From the NCBI GenBank assembly GCA_951406725.2, contig OX597819.1, positions 80,476,001 to 80,540,000 on the forward strand: a stretch of 64,000 nt of DNA. The letters are read 5' to 3'. Under the pieces are notes generated by a model. The model worked only from the letters and a program-made list of their open reading frames with translations, searched no databases and was not told the origin of the DNA. Below are positions 56,151 to 64,000 of this stretch, piece after piece. Position numbers and translations under genes: made by a program. Each line of letters begins with the position of its first letter. The first letter of the stretch is position 1. Origin of the DNA: Octopus vulgaris (taxonomy: Eukaryota).

Positions 56151-58520
56151 TTTTAGTGAAGATATAATCTATTTTGAAATCACATTAACGCTTTAAACAT
56201 CATTGTAAGTTTATTACAAACTTGTAGAATGGTGAGCCTAGAATTTTAAATAATTAATGCAATTACAACTGGGATGAGAAAGAATCGTTAACTTAATAAT
56301 TTTGATCAGGAAAGACAAGAGTTGTTTTCTGACGTAGAGATGTTCGCTACTTATAAGAATGACAATGGGATTAACACGTAGTCACGCCTATTGCACTGTG
56401 ACATTACAATAAAGGTTTTCTTCAAAACCAAGGTTTCCATTCTGCCCTGAAATTCGTATCTGTCAATTTCTAACCACATGCCAAGGCTACAAATTCATAG
56501 GGAACAGCGATAAGCTCATGCGGTCGTTCATACTTTTTCCTCGAGTGTAACATGAAGTGAACTGGTTTCAATAACAAATCGAATTCCTTTTACTTAATCG
56601 GTTCACTCTGAACTCATCTGTCACTCCATGACAAACACACGCGGTCGCACTGGCATGCACGCACACACTCACACACACAAATACACACATACAAACACAG
56701 TAGATATTAAACGCTCCTGAATCATACAATTTCTATCACAATGTGGGCCTTTTCCCTTTTTTTTAAATATTGCTTTACCGATTTAATTTAGAGTACGTTA
56801 TCTATTATCTGTAGATGATTCACTCTTACCAACTTAAGGAAACATTCATTATCTTGCTGGCAGTGAGTTTTTGTCATTTGAATCCCTTCAGATATATTTG
56901 ATTGTCATTCACTCTGGAACTTGTGCCGTTCGTAATTGTTAATTTAAGATTATGGCTATTGCTTACCCTATTTTCTTCACCATTTACCATAGGGAAGCGA
57001 AAACAAGCATTCATCATAAGTGTTGTATTGCTTACTCTTTTTCAGAAACGATATAAATATAGTTAGCAGGTGACAAAGTGTGGTCACAGTTACTTTGAAT
57101 TTTGTTACCCTGAAATAAACATATTCATGATTGAGGAAAATACTCAGTGGTGCTTACTGCATCAAAAATTAATAGTAAAATAGGCTCTTTATCAACTTCC
57201 TCCTATCCACTATGTTTTCTTTGAAAACCATGTTTTCTACCCTGCCACTGAATTCTCATCTGCCATCTGTATCACATCTATCAAATTCCCAGATATCTCT
57301 ATTTCGATTTACTACCCCGCTCTCGTCATCTTAACATGTCTTTCACAAACCTATCTGCTTCAAGTTACCTCATTCTATTCGTTTTTAAATAACTACACAG
57401 TCTCCACATCCTACATAGTCATGACCAGGACTCCAAAACTATGTTTTAGCGTATGATCCGCCACATTTCATGATGTAGCCACCTCCAAGTAGTCGGCTCC
57501 ACTCTACGTCACGCCCGTAATAGTGACCGCATCTATGTCTTCATGTACCGTGTCCAACTTGCCACTAATTACATTACCCTCCCCCGTATATCTGTGGTGC
57601 AACTTTTTATAGTATTTTCTCCTTCAGTCTGACCAAGTTATATGCCATATCTTCGAACATTCCCTCTACATTCTGATCGCTTACCTCTTCCTATACCCGC
57701 TGCTACTACTGCCTCTTCATGTTTAACATCATTACCCAATAAAGTGTTAAAATTCCTCCTTTCATGTCACTGACAGTTTCATCGACATCACCAGGAATAT
57801 AAATTTTTTAATAAAATGTTGACCATACTGTCAAGTCTATATAGTTGAGATTGGTCAATGTTTAGATATCTTGTATAGGAGACAATTTTTACACATCCGA
57901 CAAAACAGCTCACCTAAACATTTTCTGCGCCTCTACTTTTTACATCACAGTATTGTAGTATTGTATTGCACCTACTTCTCCGGTATTTCGGTTGCAATGG
58001 AAACAACACCAACTCTTCCACCTTGGCACAGCTCATCTACAGGATTTGTATATTCTGAAAATAAGAAAGTTAATACAAAGAGCAAAACACATTGAGCATA
58101 GATTTATTGGACTAGCGATGGCCAGAAGCTAAATAAAAACATATTTGATCACAAAGCGGCACAGTATGCATGTCCTTTCGTGATAGGAGTAAATTGATTA
58201 AAAAGAATCTTAACGAAACACGAGTCCCATACGCAAGGAATCATTCGTTTGGCGGATGGGCAGAATCCTTAGAGTATCAGCTAAGATACATGCAGCATTT
58301 AGTTACAACCGTTTCTGTTCTGATTTCAAATCATACTGATGTCAGTTTTGACTTTGGTTTTTCAGATGCTGCTAAAATATAAAATACCAATTAAAAACTG
58401 GAGTTGATTCAATATTCTTACAATGCATTCCTAGATGTGAAGGGAATTATAAAAACAGATCAACAAGAGGATCAAATCGCGCACACATTCATATATATAT
58501 AATATATACGTAACAATTCA

Positions 58521-58588
<68 letters not shown>

Positions 58589-58665
58589 TACATATATACA
58601 TATATATATATAGCTTGACAGAGAGAGACAGGTGAGCAGAGAAGAGATACGTACATACATACATG

Positions 58666-58726
<61 letters not shown>

Positions 58727-58727
58727 G

Positions 58728-58799
<72 letters not shown>

Positions 58800-59230
58800 G
58801 GGGACCCATTTTGCAAACAAAGGCAATTTACTTGAAATTCTTTAACATTTTCTCCGGAAACTATAAAATCAAAGCTCATCTCAAGAGTTATGAAATAAAT
58901 AAAGGTTTATTTTAAAATTTATTCGAAATGATGAAACCTTAAATAAATTAAATTTTATTGACGCACATCAAATCACAAATACTCGCTTCTATAAGCTATT
59001 GAACTCACATCTCTTTAGGTATATATATCATTGTCTGCCTATTTCTCACTACCTATACTACTGTTCTCATGAGATATGTTAGCGCACTTTGTCAATATTC
59101 ACAGATGCTTGAAGCTAACACTGTATTGCACTGAAAATTTCTTTTAACACGCACAAATACACACGCACACAGACATACACACACACACACACACACACAT
59201 CGAGTATATATATGTATTTCAAGTGTGTGC

Positions 59231-59305
<75 letters not shown>

Positions 59306-59372
59306 CAGTATAAGATATGTACTTATATATACATCATACACACATACATACATACATAAATATATATATATA

Positions 59373-59403
<31 letters not shown>

Positions 59404-59451
59404 CTGTGTGTGTCTGTGTCTCTATGTGTGTACGTATATGTAAAAGAAGGC

Positions 59452-60060
59452 ACTACACGAGCATCTACATCGCTAAGAATAGAAGTTATATATACTTCTG
59501 TGTCACAGTATAGTCACAAATCTACTATAGGCATGGTGTGAAAATATTCCATTGAACATTAAAAATACCTTACCTCTGCTAGGTCAGCACTGGTCATACT
59601 GATCAACTTGATACTAATTCCGAAATTAGCACCAAATTGTTTCTCTTCAGCCAAAGTCTACCAGCTAACTACTACTAAAATTTTTCCCAATCATGCCTGA
59701 AAAATTTCGTTTGAAGTGACTAAACATTATTTATACAAACGAAAATAGTCTTTGGTCATTTGAAACAAAACTTTTACTGGCATGGTCATTTCAAACAAAG
59801 CTTTTACAGGCATGGTGTGGGAAAATTTTAGTAGTAATTAGCTGGTAGACTTTGGCTGAAGAGAAAAAGACACCTGTTTGGCACTAATTTCGAAACCGGT
59901 TCCAAGTTGACCACTATTGCATGTGCTGAACTAGTAGAGGCAAGATGTTTTTAATGTTCACTGGAATTTTTCCAAACATACCTGTAATAGATTTGTGACT
60001 ATTATGTGGCACAGAAGTATTTTTGACTTCTATTTTTAGCGATGTAGGTGCTCATGTAGT
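59452..60060. mobile_element. Diverged inverted PLE-like repeat, fourth family (about 270-bp arms)
   Basis: 59452-59724 matches the reverse complement of ~59784-60060. There is a ~31-bp tandem duplication at the centre. Confidence 0.75.
59852..59905 (+). ncRNA. Type I hammerhead ribozyme motif
   Basis: TTGG-CTGAAGA-GAAA...TTTC-GAAA-CCGG-TT-CCAA. Stem III is the palindrome ACCGGT. A decayed mirror copy lies at 59608-59654 (-). Confidence 0.65.
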
Positions 60061-60084
60061 CCCCGTGTATATATACATACATAG

Positions 60085-60161
<77 letters not shown>

Positions 60162-60263
60162 TACATATCTTAAGTTGTATGTATATATTTTATTAATTTG
60201 CCTGTATGGCTGATAATTCGCTTGCCACTCGTAATGATATTTTAATAATACCAACCCTTCTTA

Positions 60264-60321
<58 letters not shown>

Positions 60322-60324
60322 AGT

Positions 60325-60419
<95 letters not shown>

Positions 60420-61092
60420 TTTCGAGCTCTTCTATTAATCTCATCTTTCTTAAATTCAAATGTGATGTACGCTGTAAAACAAAAGAGGTATTTTCGAAGG
60501 AATCTTGATAAAATTTCAAATTCTATTTGAAGCTATTTCACCCTTCATTTATACTACGAGTATGCGTAAAGACTGTGTCATCTTCTTTTAACTACTCTCA
60601 CGTAACGTATGTAACAGTCAGAGATACAAGTCATGAAATATTCAAACCGTAGACCTTGAACATTTGCAAGAATTGCATTGATAAATTTTTCACAGTTCAA
60701 CCACTTAGGCAGTGAAAACAAAAAAAAAAACGTTTTTACCTAGAATGTATTGTGAGGTTTTTGAAGAGTATCCTAAAAATGTGATGTACAGGATAACACT
60801 CAAAATAATACTTTTCTCCTGAAAATATCAGCCGCTAATTACTCTGAGTCTTCCAGAGCAGTGTAAAAAGAGTCGGTCTTAATAACCTTGAAATTTCAAA
60901 AATTGATAACCAGTTTGCTAGGCTACAATGTCTGTTGTTACAAGTATCCTTTGCCTAGTGAGGCATGCGTGATAAAAACAGATGTGACGTTTTCAAGACA
61001 AATGTTTTTTACAGAAGTGAAAGAAATTATTCTAATATCAATATCTGGTGCAAAATAAACCACAGTTATTGTAGTAAGTTTCCTGAGCACTC

Positions 61093-61290
61093 TACGAGAG
61101 GGTGCTGAAAAGTTTCGGGCTTTGAGTAAAAGAAAATATTGGAGGATCAGTTAATTATAATTTTATTCAATATATTCCTCTCTCAGATTCACACACTTAT
61201 TGCAGCTCTCCTTCAGTTTTTCTGAGCTCTAGAAAAGAACTTGGAAGTTTGGGCCTCCAACCGAGTCTTTCCCGTTACCTTTAAAGCCAG
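61093..61290 (-). mobile_element. Mariner 3' end fragment
   Basis: TACGAGAGGGTGCTGAAAAGT end, typical of mariner TIRs, plus decayed C-terminal coding sequence. Confidence 0.6.
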
Positions 61291-61980
61291 CAACTTTTCA
61301 GCACTCCACGCAAAGATTTCTGAAAACCCGTTTTGGTTTAACTTTCTGGAAAAAGGCTTTCTTTTTGACCATTTTGGCTTTTTTTGGCCCTTTTTTAAAG
61401 ATTGATCTTTATCTGACGATAGTGTCGTCCATATTTGATAATTTATTATCTTCAAAATGAGCATAGCTGAAGTTGACTGCATTGTAGCCCTTTTCTTCCA
61501 TATTTTATGAGAGGATCTCGAAATAAAGAGCACACCTAATAACATAGCCCACTGAAAGGTTATTAAGGTGAGAAGCACCAACTAATTTTTATATGAAAAT
61601 ATGAAAATATTTAACGTAGATTTAGATAAGAAGTCAAGTCAAATTAAGACCAAATATTTGTAAATTTGCTAATTACAGTACAAAGGTTTAGCGTGGCACT
61701 GATCAGCAGTCCGAGTGTATTCATTCTGTAGTAGATAGACACAATATTTCATTAGAGGTCATTGGATATTTACGGTTTTATTAAGGAGAAAGACACACTC
61801 CAGAAATGTTGACAACAACCGTTTCATCTAATATCTTTTCTTTCACTGCGACGAAACCGATAAACGTGTGGCGATTATAGCATGTAATATAAACCGTAAT
61901 TCATTTTGAACAACAGTTTGTTTAATCTCCTGGCATTTAGGTCTCTTGCTTCAAGCCACCTTAATATAGTTTGGAAGTAA

Positions 61981-62630
61981 GATGGCGAGCTGGCGGAAAC
62001 ATTAGCACGCCGAGAGATATGCTTAGCGGTATTTCGTCTGCGTTACGTTGTGAGTTCAAATTCCGCCGAGGTCGACTTTGCCTTTCATCCTTTCGGGGTC
62101 GATAAATTAAGTACCAGTTACGCAATGGGGTCGATGTAATCGACTTAATACCTATGTCTGTCCTTGTTTGTCCCTTCTGTGTTTAGCCCCTTGTGGGTAA
62201 TAAAGAAATACGTATTTCGTCTGCCGCTACGTTCTGAGTTCAAATTCCGCCGAGGTCCACTTTGCTTTTCATCCTTTCGAAGTCGATAAATTAAGTACTA
62301 GTTGCGTACTAGGGTCGATCTCATCGACTGGCCCCTCACCCAAAATTTCGGGCCTTGTGCTTGGCATTTAGGTCTTGTGTTTCAAACAAATATTAAACCG
62401 CCTTAATATTTGTCGCAATTAAGACGGCGAGCTGGCCGTTTGCACACCGGGTAAAATGCTTAGCAGTTTTCGTCCCTCATCAAATTTTAAGTTCAAATAT
62501 ACCCCTCGGTCAACTAAGCCTTTCATCCTTTCGGTGTCACTGAAATAAATACTACTTGAGCACTGGATCGATATAATCGACTTAGCCCCTTCCTCGAAAT
62601 TGCTGGCCTTGTACCAAAATTTGAAACCAA
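61981..62630 (+). mobile_element. SINE family A dimer plus an older copy
   Basis: Monomer 61981-62210, second monomer from GTATTTCGTCTGCCG to ~62360, and a diverged copy at 62420-62630. Confidence 0.85.
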
Positions 62631-62654
62631 TATTTTTCGTATATATATATATAT

Positions 62655-62860
62655 AAAGTTAATCCAAACATGAAAACACAAAGAGAAAACACAACAACGC
62701 GAGGACGTGGAACAAATGTAGTATTATTGGACGCTCAGGAAGGAAGGGAAGAAGGAGGGTTTTACGTTTCGAGCGGAGCTCTTCGTCAGAAACATATGAA
62801 AAGGAAAGATCCAGAGAAAGGAAGACGGAGGAAAAAAAATCGCCAACGGTACACACGTGT
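62655..62860 (-). mobile_element. Solo PLE-like terminal repeat (15387 family)
   Basis: Clearly homologous to arm 15387-15597 and starts in (TA)n. Confidence 0.8.
62759..62793 (-). ncRNA. Minimal type I hammerhead ribozyme motif with canonical core
   Basis: GTTT-CTGACGA-A-GAGC(TCC)GCTC-GAAA-CG-TA-AAAC. Confidence 0.75.
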
Positions 62861-63789
62861 CAATCATTTGTTTTTGTTTTAAGATTTCGTATTTAATTAC
62901 CTCTTGACTCCATATTCATGCGTTCGGATTTTGCATATAAGAAATTTGAGAGTGAACTGAATTTTTTTATCTGGGCTAAAGTTTACGCCTTAACTGAGTG
63001 TTGTGTCTGCACAAAAATCTTTGCCTTAACTGAATACTGTATCGGAATTGAAATATTGTGCCTTAACTGAATACTGTGTCTAGAATAAGATTTATAAATA
63101 CGTTGAAATTAGAAGTTTATATCTGCCCTGCACTTTGCCTCTGAGTTTATAAAGCATTTATCAAATTATATCATCTTCTAAGTTCAAACTACACATGATA
63201 AGGTTTTTATCCCTAAAGTATATTCCAGTGCTTTCGTGAATTGTAAAAACGGGTTCTAGAATAAAGATAGTCTTCTTCTTCTTCTTCTTCTTCTTCTTCT
63301 TCTTCTTCTTCTTCTTCTTCTTCTTCTTCTTCTTCTTCTTCTTCTTTCATTTGATGGAACGTTATTGCTTTTCCCAGAATTGTTAATATCCTCAGCAAAT
63401 CTTAAAAATCAGTCAACTTGAATTTTAGCTCTTTGACATTTAACACTGTCTCAATACTCCAGATTCTTTTTTTTTTTTTTCGTCCTTTTATTGCATGAAA
63501 AATTATTGTTTTACACAGAACTGTAAATATTCTGAGCAAAACTTCTTCAAAGTCAAAATCAGTTTCACTTCAGATAGTTTCACATTTAGCAGTATCTAAA
63601 ATACTCTCGGATTTCTTGCGTATGTAAATGACCTCGTTGACAATAGGATACATTGCTGTACGGAAGGTGTTGATGTTCGAAACGTTTTGAGATCAACATA
63701 CGTATAAGACAATACAATAAAACTATAGTTTGGCACCGCTGTCGCAAGTAACATCATCAGAAACAAAGCTTCTAATCTTTAATATAGGT

Positions 63790-63998
63790 TTCCAATTTTG
63801 GCACAAGGCCAGCAATTTTGGGGGAGGGGCTAAGTCGATTACATCACTCCAGTGATAAACTGGTACTTATTTTATCGACCCCGAAAGGGATGAGAAGCAA
63901 AGTCGACCTCGATAGTATTTGAAATCAGAACGCGAAGACAGGCGAAAAACCGCTAAGCATTTTGCCCAGAGTGCTAACGATTCTATCAGCTCGCCGCT
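63790..63998 (-). mobile_element. SINE family A (alternative tail)
   Basis: GGCACAAGGCCAGCAATTTTGGGGGAGGGG tail, core and head. Confidence 0.8.
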
Positions 63999-64000
63999 TT

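Noticed and set aside
57200-57800. Possible very old LINE fragment (also 24530-24950 and 1250-1380)
   Set aside because: Only faint motif resemblance; cannot be assigned without a profile search.
59938-59949. AGGCAAGATGTT, matching the start of miR-31
   Set aside because: The match stops after 12 nt and lies within a repeat arm.
62987-63090. Three ~21-bp repeats with ~15-bp spacers (CRISPR-like)
   Set aside because: Eukaryotic context, spacers are short and related, and no cas genes are present. It is a small minisatellite.

Overview
Eukaryotic, repeat-saturated window with no host protein-coding exon that I can support. Almost all ORFs in the track are microsatellite or low-complexity artefacts. 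The repeat landscape resembles an octopus (coleoid cephalopod) genome; this is inference. It includes three or four tRNA-derived SINE families, (TA)n/(CA)n/(AAT)n/(GA)n tracts, relic mariner/Tc1, hAT, Tigger/pogo-like MITEs, Helitron-like elements, and RTE, CR1 and R4/Dong LINE 3' ends. The most notable signal is a set of non-coding elements, mostly embedded in (TA)n, that carry type I hammerhead-ribozyme motifs with palindromic stem III (dimer-type). Four are arranged as long inverted repeats (15.4, 16.2, 28.3 and 59.5 kb), with solo copies at 29.3, 35.9 and 62.7 kb. They look like Penelope-like (PLE) terminal repeats or retrozyme-like elements from several families. Also present: a TIR element carrying TTAGGG-like repeats, an (AAT)n-associated non-coding ~555-bp element in tandem, and a SINE>hAT>mariner triple nest. 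All coordinates and alignments were read by eye and are approximate.
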